64,000 nt of DNA from assembly GCA_963848425.1 (NCBI GenBank), contig CAWKDO010000006.1, positions 345,362 to 409,361 on the forward strand, in the 5' to 3' direction. The stretch is from an uncultured delta proteobacterium. GTDB taxonomy: Bacteria > Desulfobacterota > Desulfuromonadia > Desulfuromonadales > JACZKF01. Made by a program: the position numbers and the translations under genes. Positions 34,785 to 45,821 of the stretch are shown here, piece by piece; within the stretch, counting starts at the first letter, position 1; each line of letters opens with the position of its first letter. The notes under the pieces are model-generated. The model did not search any database. It saw only the letters and a list, made by a program, of their open reading frames with translations, and was not told where the DNA came from.

Positions 34785-34822
34785 ACAAAAAACCCCGGCA
34801 AGCATGCCGGGGTTTTTTGTTG
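34785..34822. terminator. Bidirectional rho-independent terminator
   Basis: AAAAACCCCGGCAAGCATGCCGGGGTTTTTTGTTG: an 8-bp GC stem flanked by an A-run and a T-run. Lies between convergent genes (methyltransferase on plus, PRC-barrel on minus). Confidence 0.6.
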
Positions 34823-34846
34823 CTGCGCTTTGGCGCGTCTGCCGGG

Positions 34847-35386
34847 TCACCGGACCTCTTCCCGCTGGCCGGGATAAGTCAGATTTCCGCCGGGAATAGT
34901 GCTGCGGTTGACCGGCACATTCCCCGGCAGGTCGCTCCACGGATAGCTCACACCGTAGAAATCGTGCAGGTTGCGGTCGTACTCCTGCTCGGTCATCCGG
35001 ACATCACGCTTCGGCAGTGTCGCCAACTGCTCCCGACTGACGGTCAGATTGACGTATTTGCCATCAGGAGACGCAGTCAGGGCACTCAGCGGCACCAGGA
35101 AGATCTTGTCGATCTTCAGCTCTTTATCGCTGGAAACCACGGCGTAGCCGGCCCCCCGGTTGAAATCGAGAGCGACGTCCTCAATTTGGCCGACCTTCTG
35201 CCCGGCGCTGTCCCGTACTTCCGTACCGATGAATTCCTTGCCTGAATGCAGCGTCTCAGCCGTTACTCCGGTCGTTTTCCCCTGCTCCATATTCTTCACG
35301 CCGGTCACACAGGCCGCAAGCACGTTACCGGCCGAGAGGAGGGCGAAGAGGAATACAGTCAGAGTTATCGATGCGATTCTAGCCAT
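34847..35386 (-). CDS. Secreted PRC-barrel domain protein
   Basis: Signal peptide (MARIASITLTVFLFALLSAGNVLA) followed by a PRC-barrel-like core (IGTEVRDSAGQKVGQIEDVALDFNRGAGYAVVS). Confidence 0.5.
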   Translation of the reverse strand: MARIASITLTVFLFALLSAGNVLAACVTGVKNMEQGKTTGVTAETLHSGKEFIGTEVRDSAGQKVGQIEDVALDFNRGAGYAVVSSDKELKIDKIFLVPLSALTASPDGKYVNLTVSREQLATLPKRDVRMTEQEYDRNLHDFYGVSYPWSDLPGNVPVNRSTIPGGNLTYPGQREEVR

Positions 35387-35546
35387 ACTTAGACTCCTTT
35401 CTTCTGCTGGATGAATCTGCAACCGGTCTCACCGATTTTACTACCAGAATAGCGGTTAATGACCGATTGTCCAGCGCACGAAAAATCAGCCAGGCCCCAT
35501 TTTGCGGGGACCTGGCTGCCTTCTATCCGCCAGCCGGAAGAGGAAC

Positions 35547-36914
35547 CTACGGCTTTGCCAGGGTGGTATAAAAAAGGCTGTCGCCACGCTGGATCAACAG
35601 GCGCAGCAGCGCCCCCGGCTTGAGTTGCTGGAGGCTCTTGCGAAAAGCGTCGGCATTGGCAATCTCCTGCCCGTTGACCTCGGTAATCAGATCGCCGGGG
35701 CGGATATTCGCCTCGGCCGCCGGTCCGGCCGGATCGATAGCCGTCACCAGGGCACCCTTGATGCGGTCGAGCCGATAATAACGCTGCGCCTCGGGGGTAA
35801 CATCACCGACCGTCAACCCGAGATTCTGGCCGACTTCGCCAGCCGGTGCGGCGCCTTTTTCCCCTTCATCGAGGCGGGCCACAATCACCGGCAGCTGCAA
35901 GCGCTTGCCGTTGCGGAAGACCTCGACCATCGCTTTTTCGCCGACCGGTGTGGCGGCAACGACGCGCGGCAGCTCAGAGACGTTCTGCACCGGTTTGCCG
36001 GCAAAGGAAAGAATGATATCGCCGCGCTGCACCCCGGCCTTGGCCGCCGGCGATTTTTCGATCACCTCCGAGACCAGCGCCCCTTTGGCCTCCTTAAGCC
36101 CAAAGGACTGCGCCAGCTCCGGCGTCATTTCCTGCACCGCCACGCCCAGCCAGCCGCGCGTTACCTTGCCCGTTTCCCGTAGTTCAGGGAGGATCAGTTT
36201 GGCGGCGTTGATCGGGGTGGCGAAACCGATCCCCTGCCCGCTGGAGACGATCGCCGTATTGATTCCCACCACCTTGCCCTGTGTGTCGAAGAGCGGGCCG
36301 CCGGAGTTGCCGGGATTAATCGAGGCATCGGTTTGAATAAAATCGTCGTAGGGGCCGGCGCCGATCACCCGCTCCTTGGCGGAAACAATACCGACGGTCA
36401 CCGTTTCTTCAAGCCCGAAGGGATTGCCGATCGCCATCACCCATTCACCGACCTGCAGCTTGCCGCTATCGCCGAGTTGCGCTACCGGCAGATCGGTGCC
36501 GGCATTGATCTTGAGCAGGGCGACATCGAGTTTCGGATCGAGCCCCTTGACCTCGGCGACAAAGATGCGGCCGTCTTCGAGAGTGATCTTGACCTCATCC
36601 GCTTCCGCCACCACATGGTTGTTGGTGAGAATAAAACCTTCCTTGGAGATGATAAAACCGGAACCGAGGGAGCGTTCCTTGCGCGGCATCTCCTGGGGAC
36701 CGCCAAAGAAATGTTCGAAGAAATCATTGAATTGATCCTGTTGCGGCGCTTGTGGCCCCGGCATCATTGGCCGCCGCGGCTTGATGTTCTTGGTCGTGCT
36801 GATATTGACCACCGCCGGTTTCAGCTGTTTGGCCAGATTGACGAAATCGGGGAAAGTCTGCGCTCCCACTGACGGAACACCCAGAGATAAAAAAACAATA
36901 ATCAGACATGGCAA
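35547..36914 (-). CDS. degP: DegP/HtrA (Do) family periplasmic serine endoprotease with two PDZ domains
   Basis: Trypsin-like catalytic motifs (TNNHVV, GNSGGPL) and two PDZ domains. Confidence 0.85.
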   Translation of the reverse strand: MPCLIIVFLSLGVPSVGAQTFPDFVNLAKQLKPAVVNISTTKNIKPRRPMMPGPQAPQQDQFNDFFEHFFGGPQEMPRKERSLGSGFIISKEGFILTNNHVVAEADEVKITLEDGRIFVAEVKGLDPKLDVALLKINAGTDLPVAQLGDSGKLQVGEWVMAIGNPFGLEETVTVGIVSAKERVIGAGPYDDFIQTDASINPGNSGGPLFDTQGKVVGINTAIVSSGQGIGFATPINAAKLILPELRETGKVTRGWLGVAVQEMTPELAQSFGLKEAKGALVSEVIEKSPAAKAGVQRGDIILSFAGKPVQNVSELPRVVAATPVGEKAMVEVFRNGKRLQLPVIVARLDEGEKGAAPAGEVGQNLGLTVGDVTPEAQRYYRLDRIKGALVTAIDPAGPAAEANIRPGDLITEVNGQEIANADAFRKSLQQLKPGALLRLLIQRGDSLFYTTLAKP

Positions 36915-37060
36915 CCATCAACGTCCATTTTGCATCGCTTTTCCTCCTGTAAAAGAACAAACCAACCACAATTTAAGCATTCGAAATCGTATTGTCAAAG
37001 GATCACGATAGACCGGGGGGAAGCGAAGACGGGAGGAAGAAAGGTAGGGTAATAGTTAAG

Positions 37061-37095
37061 AAAAAAGGCGGCCTGGGCGGCCGCCTTTTGTTGCT
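37061..37095. terminator. Bidirectional rho-independent terminator downstream of pilT
   Basis: AAAAAAGGCGGCC-tgg-GCGGCCGCCTTTTGTTG. Confidence 0.55.
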
Positions 37096-37116
37096 GGCAA
37101 TGCGGTTGCGGCCGGA

Positions 37117-38187
37117 TCAGCTGGTGAAATTGAGTTTGCGCTCGAGATCCATGGAACGGGTGAGGCGCTTGGCTTCGGCGAAATCGATGATGTTGCCTTG
37201 GCACAACTCGACCAGATGCTGGTCGAGGCTCTGCATCTGATACTGGGCGCGGCCGTTTTCGATATGCTTTTCGATCTCGTTGAGACGCCCTTCGCGGATG
37301 CAGGCCTGGATAGTGGTGGTAGAACGCATGACCTCAATGACCGGGATGATGTTTTCGCCGGTCTTGTCCTTGATCAGGCGCAGGGAAACGGTGGCGACGA
37401 GGATATCGGCCAGGCGCTGACGGATAACCTCCTGCGAATCGGGAGGAAAATAGCCGATCAGGCGGTTGATGGTGGAAGCGGCGTTTTGCGTGTGCAGCGT
37501 CGAATAGACCAGGTGTCCCGTTTCCGCCGCCTTGATGCAGGCATCGATCGTCTCCAGATCGCGCAACTCACCGACCATGATAACATCGGGGTCCATGCGT
37601 AAGGCGGCCTTCAGGGCGGCGCTGAACCCCTGAGTATCGATACCGACCTCCCGCTGGATGATACAGCTCTTGTTGGAGGTGAAGAGGAATTCGATCGGAT
37701 CTTCGACGGTGATGATGTTGTAGTTGAAGGTATCGTTCACATACTGCAGCATGGAGGCCAGGGTGGTCGATTTTCCGTTGCCGGTAGGGCCGGTGACGAG
37801 GATGAGCCCGTTCGACGCCTTGGAGATTTCCGCCAGCACGGGCGGCAGATTCAATTCGTTGAAGGAGCCGACGCGCGGGGGGATGATCCGCATGATGATG
37901 CCGATGTTGCCGCGCTGGCGGAAGATGCTGACCCGAAAGCGCCCGCCGTTCGGCAGCGCATAGGAAGCATCGATCTCCCGCAGGTCCTCGGGAAGCTGGC
38001 GGTTGTTGTAGGCCAGAATACTTTTGGCGATAAACTCGGTATCCTTGGCCTGCAGCGGCGGCAGCTTGGAGCGCACCAACTGGCCGCGGGCGCGGAAAAA
38101 TGGCGGGTTGTCCACTTCGAAATGGAGGTCGGAAACCTTTTTCTCGAAAGCGATTTCGAGAATCTGAGTTAATACTTTCATATCCAT
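37117..38187 (-). CDS. pilT: Type IV pilus twitching-motility ATPase PilT
   Basis: 356 aa with Walker A GPTGNGKST, Asp box, His box, and PilT-specific AIRNLIRE-like motif. Confidence 0.9.
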   Translation of the reverse strand: MDMKVLTQILEIAFEKKVSDLHFEVDNPPFFRARGQLVRSKLPPLQAKDTEFIAKSILAYNNRQLPEDLREIDASYALPNGGRFRVSIFRQRGNIGIIMRIIPPRVGSFNELNLPPVLAEISKASNGLILVTGPTGNGKSTTLASMLQYVNDTFNYNIITVEDPIEFLFTSNKSCIIQREVGIDTQGFSAALKAALRMDPDVIMVGELRDLETIDACIKAAETGHLVYSTLHTQNAASTINRLIGYFPPDSQEVIRQRLADILVATVSLRLIKDKTGENIIPVIEVMRSTTTIQACIREGRLNEIEKHIENGRAQYQMQSLDQHLVELCQGNIIDFAEAKRLTRSMDLERKLNFTS

Positions 38188-38570
38188 GGCAATGACTCCC
38201 TGACGCTTGGCACACCCCCGAGGCTATATCTATCGAGGGGGATTTTCGAGTTTTTGCGGAAAATGCATTCTCCAGCAGGATGCTCGCCTGCCGTGGCGGA
38301 CTGCTCGCCGAACCAAAGATACTCCTGCAACAATTGATCCTCCTCGGACCGAAGAAAAGCCGACTAGGGCTATCCGGTCGAAGATCGATCTTCACCAGCA
38401 GATGCGGACATTGATTCCGCCTTCGGCCTCAACCTATGTCAAGCCTTTGTCGTCAACCGGTCCGGTAGGGCGACGACGACCATGGTGAGCGCCCGCGGGA
38501 AAAGACTGTCGGCGAAGCGCAGAATGGTCAAGACCATTACCGTCTCGGCCGTTCGCAAGAAGTCAGCCAA

Positions 38571-39835
38571 TCAGTCGTTAATGCCTTTGTCCTCTTGCGC
38601 CCGCGAAAAGCCTTGCAGGTGGGTGCGGAAACTGGTGAGAAACTGACTGAAATCGGCAACGAAGGTATCGACTCCATCGGCGCGTAGCGGCCGGGGAAAG
38701 ACGGTGCGAATGCCATCGTTGAACGCCTGCAGGGTAAAGGCGAAACTGCTTGGCGGTGCCAGCTGGATCACCGGCAGACGCGGATACCCTTCCTTCAGCC
38801 GACGGCGCAACTGAACCAGCTTTTCTTCGCTGAAGGGAGGTGCGAGCGAACTCGGCCGATCGAGAACCAAAAGGGTGCCGTTGTCGGTGCCGAGCGATTG
38901 CTCGATGATCGGGATAAGATCCTGTTCGTCATTGGTGGCGAAGATGAAAACTCCCGAATCCTTGCAGGCCGCCGTCAGCATGTACTGAAAGAATTCGTCC
39001 GGGCTGAAGAGAACGACCCGCCCCTGCTCGCCACCGGCCGGTAGCGTCGTATCCGCCATTATCCGTTCGGTCAGCTGCTGAAGGAAGGTCAGCAGCTTCT
39101 CCTGCTCGCCCGAAGCGAGCTCGGGCGCGACTTCCTGCAGTTTCTGCCGGTGCAGATCGAGCGGATTGATATCAACGAGCGAGCTGAAAACGCCGGGAAT
39201 CTTCTTCTCCAGCTTATCGAGATCGGCCAGGCCGAGATCGTCAACGGAGACCTCCCATCCGGCAGCCCTGCCGGCACTTTCCGGAGGCGGCGCCTCTTCC
39301 GTTTCCCCTTCATCGGCGAGCACGCCATCACGTTTCATCTCATCATAGATGCGCAATGCATCCATCAGGATATTCTGGGTGCTGAAAACGGTTTCCTGCT
39401 GCAGATGCTGCTGAAGGTCGTAATAACCATCGAGCAGGTCAACCCGGTCCACTTCCAGGGTAAAAATCCCTCCGGACCAGGTCAGAACGTTGACAATTGC
39501 CATTTCGATCAGCGTTTCGAGCCCTCTGACGACCCCTTCCTTCTTGACGTGTCCCCCATAGAGGAGGAGTGCAGCTAGCGATTTCCCGCTTTTGGCATGC
39601 TCCTGCAGAATACGGTCGTGAACCTCTCCGCGCAACACCTTCAAATCGACAAGAACCTTGCCGAGATTAAAGCCTTTTTTCGCTGGCCGGCCGCTGACGA
39701 TATAGCCAGCCGAAAAGACGAGGACGCATTCGCCGTGTCGCCCCTTGATAGTGAGAGTTCCCGATTTTTTGGTGGCGTGCAGCAGCTGAATGACATCGAC
39801 AATCGGCAGATGCTTGAGGTCTCCGGTAAATGACA
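38571..39835 (-). CDS. DUF4388 domain protein with C-terminal receiver-like domain
   Basis: N-terminal DUF4388 (PatA-like) segment MSFTGDLKHLPIVDVIQLLHATKKSGTLTI. C-terminal CheY-like fold (GTLLVLDRPSS...). Confidence 0.6.
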
Positions 39836-39974
39836 TCTTCCACCTCGTCCGGCAAAAATTAATACATTGGTTCAACCGTGCTATTTAACCGAAAAAAGGC
39901 GCGCAAGACAACCTTTTCCGTACCTGAAAATCGAAATGGCCCAAACAGGCTATTTTTGCTAGCCTCCAGGGCTT

Positions 39975-41012
39975 TTAGGAAAAGGTGCGGTTTTCCTGTT
40001 CCGCCACCCGGATAAAGGTGGTGCGTTTGGTCAGTTCCTTCAGTGCCGAGGCGCCGACATAGGTGCAGGCCGAGCGCATGCCGCCAAGGACATCCTTGAC
40101 CGTTTCCTCGATCGGTCCGCGATACGGCACCTCAACCGTTTTCCCTTCCGATGAGCGGTACTCGGCCACACCACCGGCATGTTTCTCCATGGCGGTCGAT
40201 GAACTCATGCCGTAAAAGAGCTTGAAATGCTGACCGCCGCGCTCCAGCAGTTCGCCGCCGCTTTCGTCGTGGCCGGCAAACATGCCGCCGAGCATGACGA
40301 AATCGGCGCCGCCGCCAAAAGCCTTGGCGACATCACCGGGGCAGGAACAGCCGCCGTCGGAAATAATGCGTCCGCCCAGTCCGTGGGCGGCGTCGGCGCA
40401 TTCGATCACCGCCGAGAGCTGCGGATAACCGACCCCGGCCTTGATCCGGGTGGTGCAAACGGAGCCGGGCCCGATTCCTACCTTGACGATGTCGGCACCA
40501 GAGATGAGCAATTCCTCCACCATTTCTCCAGTGACCACATTGCCGGCAACGATCGTCTTGTCGGCGAAGGTCTGACGCACCTTGCGCACGAAATCCACGA
40601 ACGCTTCGGCATAACCGTTCGCGACATCGATGCAGATGAATTCGATTTTCGGATGCTGCGCCAGGATACGGCCGAGCTTCTCGAAATCTTTCTGCGCGGT
40701 GCCGGTGCTTACCATGATCCGGGCATAGATTTCATCGCTTTCGCCGGCGAGAAATTCCGCCCAGTCTTCCAGGCGGTAATGCTTGTGAATCGCCGTCAGC
40801 AGCTTATACCGCGCCAGAACCCGGGCGACTTCGAAGGTGCCGACCGAATCCATATTGGCGGCGAGCACCGGCACCCCTGTCCACTGCCGGCGGCTGTGCA
40901 GGAAAGTAAAGGTGCGGTCAAGTAGCACCTGGGAACGGCTCTTCAGGGTGGAACGCTTGGGGCGGATCAGCACATCCTTGAAGCCAAGCTTGAGATCGTT
41001 TTCAATGCGCAT
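39975..41012 (-). CDS. guaC: GMP reductase
   Basis: N-terminus [27 protein letters not shown] is nearly identical to E. coli GuaC. IMPDH/GMPR TIM-barrel with catalytic Cys loop [11 protein letters not shown]. Confidence 0.85.
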   Translation of the reverse strand: MRIENDLKLGFKDVLIRPKRSTLKSRSQVLLDRTFTFLHSRRQWTGVPVLAANMDSVGTFEVARVLARYKLLTAIHKHYRLEDWAEFLAGESDEIYARIMVSTGTAQKDFEKLGRILAQHPKIEFICIDVANGYAEAFVDFVRKVRQTFADKTIVAGNVVTGEMVEELLISGADIVKVGIGPGSVCTTRIKAGVGYPQLSAVIECADAAHGLGGRIISDGGCSCPGDVAKAFGGGADFVMLGGMFAGHDESGGELLERGGQHFKLFYGMSSSTAMEKHAGGVAEYRSSEGKTVEVPYRGPIEETVKDVLGGMRSACTYVGASALKELTKRTTFIRVAEQENRTFS

Positions 41013-41147
41013 GCTCTTACCTCCAGTTTCTATTGGTAACCGATCTTTTGCCGGGACCAACCCTTCTCATTGCATTATTAAAAACGTTGATTCCTTTTCT
41101 TTCAGCATGCTAACTTCGCATACATTCTTAATCCTCAAGGAGAAAAT

Positions 41148-42035
41148 ATGAGATTTAATTTTTTGCATTGCAGCAAGGCCACCCGTTCGCACCGGATTTT
41201 TTCTTTCATTCTCTGCTCCCTGTTGCTCCTTTTGTCGGTAACTCAGGCCGCTGCCGAGCAGTTCCGCATCGGCATCATGCAGGCGGAAAAAGGGGTCGCG
41301 GAAAAGTTCGCCCCCCTCGAAAAATATCTGCGCGCCAAGGGCCTCGATATCAAATTCGTCGAAGCACCCAATTATCCCGCCGCCGCCCGCATGTTCGCCA
41401 ATGGCGAAGTGGACGGCATGTTCAGCGGCTCCGGGGTCGCCGGCAGCATGTTGATCAAGGATGTCGCCTACCCCCTGGTACGGCCGATCAGCCAGGATGG
41501 ACACAGCACCTATTGGGCCACCGTGGTCGCACGCAAGGGGGCAGCGAAATTTACCCGGGACGGCAGTTACTTCAAGGGGAAGAAAGTCACTTTCTGCTCC
41601 CTCGCCTCCTCCGGCGAATTCTATTTCCGCGCTCTGCCGGGGGCGGTCGAGGCCGCGTCGAATATCTCTCTTGCCAAATCGCATGGCGACGCGATCAAGG
41701 CGGTTTCCGAAGGGAAAGCCGATATCGCCATCGTCAAAAACTGGGTCTGGGATAACTCGCGCGGCAGCTATCCGGAACTGGAGCAGGTGGGGAACGATTC
41801 GGAACAGAACCCCGATAATACCCTGATTATCTCAAAGAAAGCCGAGCGCAAAACAGTTGAGGATGTAGCCAAAGCACTTCTGACATTGAAAGGGGATAAC
41901 GGCGCGGAAGCGGCCGCCGTACGCAATCAGCTGAAAATCTCTGGTTATGTCATTACGACTGCCATCGATTTTAAACATACACTGGAAATGCTGAAGGCTG
42001 CCGGCGTCGGTCCCGAGTTCAACTTCTCCTTCTGA
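41148..42035 (+). CDS. PhnD/SsuA-like ABC transporter periplasmic substrate-binding protein
   Basis: Signal peptide plus a Phosphonate-bd (PF12974)-like fold. Confidence 0.65.
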   Translation: MRFNFLHCSKATRSHRIFSFILCSLLLLLSVTQAAAEQFRIGIMQAEKGVAEKFAPLEKYLRAKGLDIKFVEAPNYPAAARMFANGEVDGMFSGSGVAGSMLIKDVAYPLVRPISQDGHSTYWATVVARKGAAKFTRDGSYFKGKKVTFCSLASSGEFYFRALPGAVEAASNISLAKSHGDAIKAVSEGKADIAIVKNWVWDNSRGSYPELEQVGNDSEQNPDNTLIISKKAERKTVEDVAKALLTLKGDNGAEAAAVRNQLKISGYVITTAIDFKHTLEMLKAAGVGPEFNFSF

Positions 42036-42055
42036 TCCCGGGTATTCTTTTAACA

Positions 42056-42092
42056 TCAGAAAAAACCCCGCTTTAACAGGCGGGGTTTTTTC
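42056..42092. terminator. Bidirectional rho-independent terminator between convergent genes
   Basis: AAAAAACCCCGC-tttaacag-GCGGGGTTTTTTCTGTTT. Confidence 0.6.
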
Positions 42093-42107
42093 TGTTTGGA
42101 CAGATCG

Positions 42108-43037
42108 CTATTCAGGATTTCGGGGTCGTTCTTCTTCCGACAATGGCGCGTCATCCTTTTCCGTTTCCGGCGCAAGCTCCGGCTCCGCGTGCGGTACCAG
42201 CTCGGTTTTCGGTTCCGACGCAAGCTCCGGCTCAGGTTCGGACGCCAGTGCAGGCGGCGGGAGCACCGGCCGTCCTTCCAATTGGGCCAGGGCGGTCGCA
42301 TGGTCGGCTGCGGAGAGGATCCCCCGCCCGGCCAGCAGCCGCAGAATCCGGACGGCGCGGCGCCGCACCTTCTCCGGTTTCACCTTTGGATTATAGGCGA
42401 TGCGCGGGCCGGGGAGGATGGCGGCGAGAAAGGCGCATTCGGCGGGAGTCAATGCCGCCGCCGGTTTGTGAAAGTGATAGCGCGCTCCCTCCCCGATGCC
42501 GTGAACCAGGGGTCCGAGTTCGACCACGTTGAGATACAGTTCAAGAATCCGCCCCTTGCTCACCTCCCGCTCGATGCGCTGCGCCAGGATAACCTCTTCC
42601 GCCTTGCGCAGCAGACTCTTCTGCCGCGACAGAAACACGTTTTTCGCCAACTGCTGGGTGATGGTGGAGGCGCCCCTGGCCAGACGCTTCTGCTCCAGAT
42701 CGTATCTGAGGGCATCCTGCATCGCCTGCAAATCAACTCCTTGATGTTCGTAGAAGTTGGCGTCCTCAGCAACGATCACCGCCCACTTCATCGCCTCGGG
42801 CAGGTTTCCCAAGGGGATCCAGTCGCGGTTCTTCGGGCCGAGCAGAAAAGGGTGCTCGCGCCCCTGCCAGTCGCGGACCGGGATGGTTAGGGTCGCCCGG
42901 CGATCCTTGAGGATGGCCACATCGGGAAGGGACAGGTAACGCCAGCCGGCCAGACCGGCCAAAGCCAGCAGCAGCAGGGGAGCGCCCCACCGGGCAATTC
43001 GGAAGAAACGGCGCAAAAAATTTGGGGACATGGTCAA
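42108..43037 (-). CDS. mtgA: Monofunctional biosynthetic peptidoglycan transglycosylase with low-complexity PE-rich C-terminal tail
   Basis: GT51 motifs (EDANFYEHQGVD, GASTITQQLAKN, RILELYLN) after an N-terminal TM anchor. C-terminal 60 aa are a PEPELA repeat tail. Confidence 0.8.
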   Translation of the reverse strand: MTMSPNFLRRFFRIARWGAPLLLLALAGLAGWRYLSLPDVAILKDRRATLTIPVRDWQGREHPFLLGPKNRDWIPLGNLPEAMKWAVIVAEDANFYEHQGVDLQAMQDALRYDLEQKRLARGASTITQQLAKNVFLSRQKSLLRKAEEVILAQRIEREVSKGRILELYLNVVELGPLVHGIGEGARYHFHKPAAALTPAECAFLAAILPGPRIAYNPKVKPEKVRRRAVRILRLLAGRGILSAADHATALAQLEGRPVLPPPALASEPEPELASEPKTELVPHAEPELAPETEKDDAPLSEEERPRNPE

Positions 43038-43154
43038 CAGTGTTTTCCAATCAGTACCCGTTTGTCAAACCTCTTGTCGCTGCGGCGGCTGACTTTTCGC
43101 CTGTTATGCTGATGATGGAAACTGCGGAGGGAGGCGCGTCTGCTGACCCTGTTT

Positions 43155-44239
43155 TTGTGCGGTGACATCATGACCGGTCGCGGCATCGATCAAGTTCTGC
43201 CGCATCCATGCCCGCCGGAAATCGATGAAACGTATTTGCGTGACGCTCGCGACTATGTCATGCGCGCCGAACGGGTGCACGGCACGATCCCCCGGCCGGC
43301 CGCTTTTCGTTACATCTGGGGGGACGCCCTGGCGGAATTGGAGCGGCTGGCCCCCGAGGCGCGCATCGTCAACCTGGAGACGGCAGTGACCGCCGCCGGC
43401 GAGCCTTGGCCGGGGAAAGCGATCCACTACCGCATGCACCCCCGTAATCTTCCCTGCCTGACCGTTGCCAACATCGACTGCTGTACCCTCGCCAACAACC
43501 ACGTCCTCGATTGGGGCTACGACGGCCTCGCCGAAACCCTCGCTACCTTAGAGGCGGCGGGTCTCCACCGGCCCGGCGCCGGCCCCGACCGGCAGCAGGC
43601 GCAAGCGCCAGCGGAATTATTGCTGCCGGGGAAAGACGGGTGCTGGTCTTCGCCTGCGGCGCCTCTTCCAGCGGCATCCCCGCGGAGTGGAGCGCCGGAA
43701 CGGAGCGGCCCGGGGTCAATCTGCTCCCCGATCTTTCCGAGCGCACGGCCATGCACCTGGCGGCGACGATGCGCAGCGCCCGGAAACCGGGGGACGTCGT
43801 CGTACTGTCCATCCACTGGGGGGGGAACTGGGGCTTCGCCATCCCGGCCGTGCACCGGCAGTTCGCCCGCCGTCTCATCGATGAGTCCGCTGTTGACGTG
43901 GTGCACGGGCACTCCTCGCACCACGTCCTGGGCATCGAGGTTTATCGCAAACGGCCGATCCTTTACGGTTGCGGCGATCTCATCAGCGATTACGAAGGGA
44001 TTGGCGGCTACCATGCCTTCCGTGGCGATCTGGGGCTGCTCTATTTCGTTACCATCGATCCGGTTGACGGTCTCGTCCGTCTGCGCCTGAGCCCCACACG
44101 TCTGCGCCGCTTCCGCCTGGAGCGGGCGGCCGGGGGCGAAGCCGGCTGGCTGCTGGAAACGCTCAATCGTGAAGGAGAGACGCTCGGCACCCGTGCCGAG
44201 TTCCAGGCGGACGGCAATTTGGAATTGCACTGGAAATGA
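43155..44239 (+). CDS. CapA/PgsA family metallophosphatase (poly-gamma-glutamate synthesis-like), one frameshift
   Basis: N-terminal half in ORF 43155..44090 (CGDIMTGRGID, TLANNHVLDWGYDGL). C-terminal half in ORF 43511..44239 (VVLSIHWGGNWGF, VHGHSSHH). Confidence 0.7.
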
Positions 44240-44263
44240 ACGGAACAGGCCGGATGGAAGGGC

Positions 44264-44821
44264 TCACGGCTCGGAGGAGAGGGAGGTACGCTTTTCTTCG
44301 AGACTGCGGCGCAGCTCCGGAGGCGGCGCCTGCTGCAGGGCGCGTTCGATGAGCGCGGCGGCCGCCTGATCTTCGCCACGCGCCAGGCGGATCGCCGCCA
44401 GCGTATCAAGAAAGGCGGGATCGGCTGGCACACGGTCCACAGCAGTTTCCGCCCAGGGGAGCGCCCCCTCGCTGTCGCCCGACTGCAGCAGAACCCAGGC
44501 CAGGTTGTTCATCGCCTCGGCATTCTCCGGCTCCCGCTGCAGCGCCCGCCGGTAGCTGCCGGCGGCGGCGACAAAATCTTCGCGGGCAGCGAAAACATTG
44601 CCGAGATTAATCAACGGCCGAGCCCAATTGTTCGCTAAATCGGCGGCGCGGGCATATTCGCGCTGTGCCAGATCGTCCTCGCCGCGCGCCTGATAGCTCA
44701 CCCCGAGATCGTTGTGCCCGGCGGCATCGAGGGGATCGTTGAGCACGATTAGCTGCGGCACGGCGCACCCCGTCAGCAGAAGATAAAGGAGGAAGAGAAG
44801 CGGCAGACGCATCGTGGTCAT
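44264..44821 (-). CDS. TPR-repeat lipoprotein
   Basis: Lipobox LLLTGCA followed by three TPR units. Confidence 0.6.
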   Translation of the reverse strand: MTTMRLPLLFLLYLLLTGCAVPQLIVLNDPLDAAGHNDLGVSYQARGEDDLAQREYARAADLANNWARPLINLGNVFAAREDFVAAAGSYRRALQREPENAEAMNNLAWVLLQSGDSEGALPWAETAVDRVPADPAFLDTLAAIRLARGEDQAAAALIERALQQAPPPELRRSLEEKRTSLSSEP

Positions 44822-45347
44822 TCCAGGTAAAGATAAACTCGGCTCATCTTCTCCCAGCGCGCCAACAGGTCCGGGGCCTGCACGAGGACACCCCCCCGCA
44901 CCCCGGCATGGACGAGAAAACGGTCCGGATCGTAACCGTACACTACCAGATAATGCGGGCGGGAGACGACGCGCCCGGCCTGGATCGGAATCAGCACCGG
45001 CCGCCCGGCATCGATTAGTTGCCGTAACAGCATCGCATCGCCTCTGCCGGCACGAGTGACAAAGCCTTGCCCGCGGGCAAAATTCTCCAGATCGGGCGCC
45101 AAGGTGCCGCCGAGAACGGGAGAGACGACCGCCCGCCGAATCTCGGCTACCGAAATCTCGCGCCCGCGGTGCGCCAATAGAGAAGCGAGAGCGGCCGCGC
45201 CGCAGTCGTCCCGCCCCGCCTGCGGCCGAAAAGGAACGCCGGGGATCGCCCGCATGCCAGGCGGCAGCGGGTCCCCGATACTGTCGCTGAAAGGCGAACA
45301 GGCGGCCGTCAGCAGGAGGAAGAGCAGGAAGAGCAGGCGGATCACCG
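44818..45347 (-). CDS. Peptidase_C39-like (PA2778-type) cysteine peptidase domain lipoprotein
   Basis: GTG start overlapping the upstream gene's stop. Lipobox LLTAACS. Conserved Cys in GRDDCGAAALASLLAHRG and a papain-like fold. The upstream in-frame extension is spurious. Confidence 0.5.
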
Positions 45348-45746
45348 GATGATGATTTCCTTGCCCGAGACCTTCAGAATCAGCACCACCAGCAGGACAA
45401 TAACAAGGATGGCAATGACCCCGCCCAAGGCATCGCCGGCGACGATATCGTCGGACATCGAGGCGAGTTGATGCAGCTGCGCATCGTCCAAGGCCGGGAG
45501 TTTCGCCAGGATCTCTTCCTTGCTCAGGCCGTAATCGGCCAGGCGCTGACTGACGACCTCCCGTTCCAACGCCTGCCGAATGGTGTCGATCTCGATGCTC
45601 CTGGCGGAGAGGGTCTCGCCGGCGGCGAGCCGGCTCTCGACCAGCGCCGCCCGGGATTGGGCGGGAAAAAGAACGAGGCAGCAGAAAGCGAGCAGCACGG
45701 TCCAGCAGAGGCGCAGATCGAGAATCCAGGGGCGGTGTGGGCGCAT
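45342..45746 (-). CDS. PA2779-family small protein (N-terminal signal peptide, C-terminal TM)
   Basis: 134 aa with the architecture expected of the PA2779 family. Partnered with a C39-like peptidase and a TPR protein, as in the PA2777-2779 trio. Confidence 0.4.
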   Translation of the reverse strand: MRPHRPWILDLRLCWTVLLAFCCLVLFPAQSRAALVESRLAAGETLSARSIEIDTIRQALEREVVSQRLADYGLSKEEILAKLPALDDAQLHQLASMSDDIVAGDALGGVIAILVIVLLVVLILKVSGKEIIIR

Positions 45747-45821
45747 AAAATCCTCCAGTGTTTACAGGCGCAGTCTGCTGGAAGTTTAGCGGGGAAAGTG
45801 GCGGCGGCAAGCGGTCATTGG

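Noticed and set aside
38481-38582. Short basic peptide ORF (MVSARGKRLSAKRRMVKTITVSAVRKKSANQSL) resembling a ribosomal small protein
   Set aside because: No match to L34, L36 or S21 consensus. Lies between two minus-strand genes with no RBS. Probably chance.
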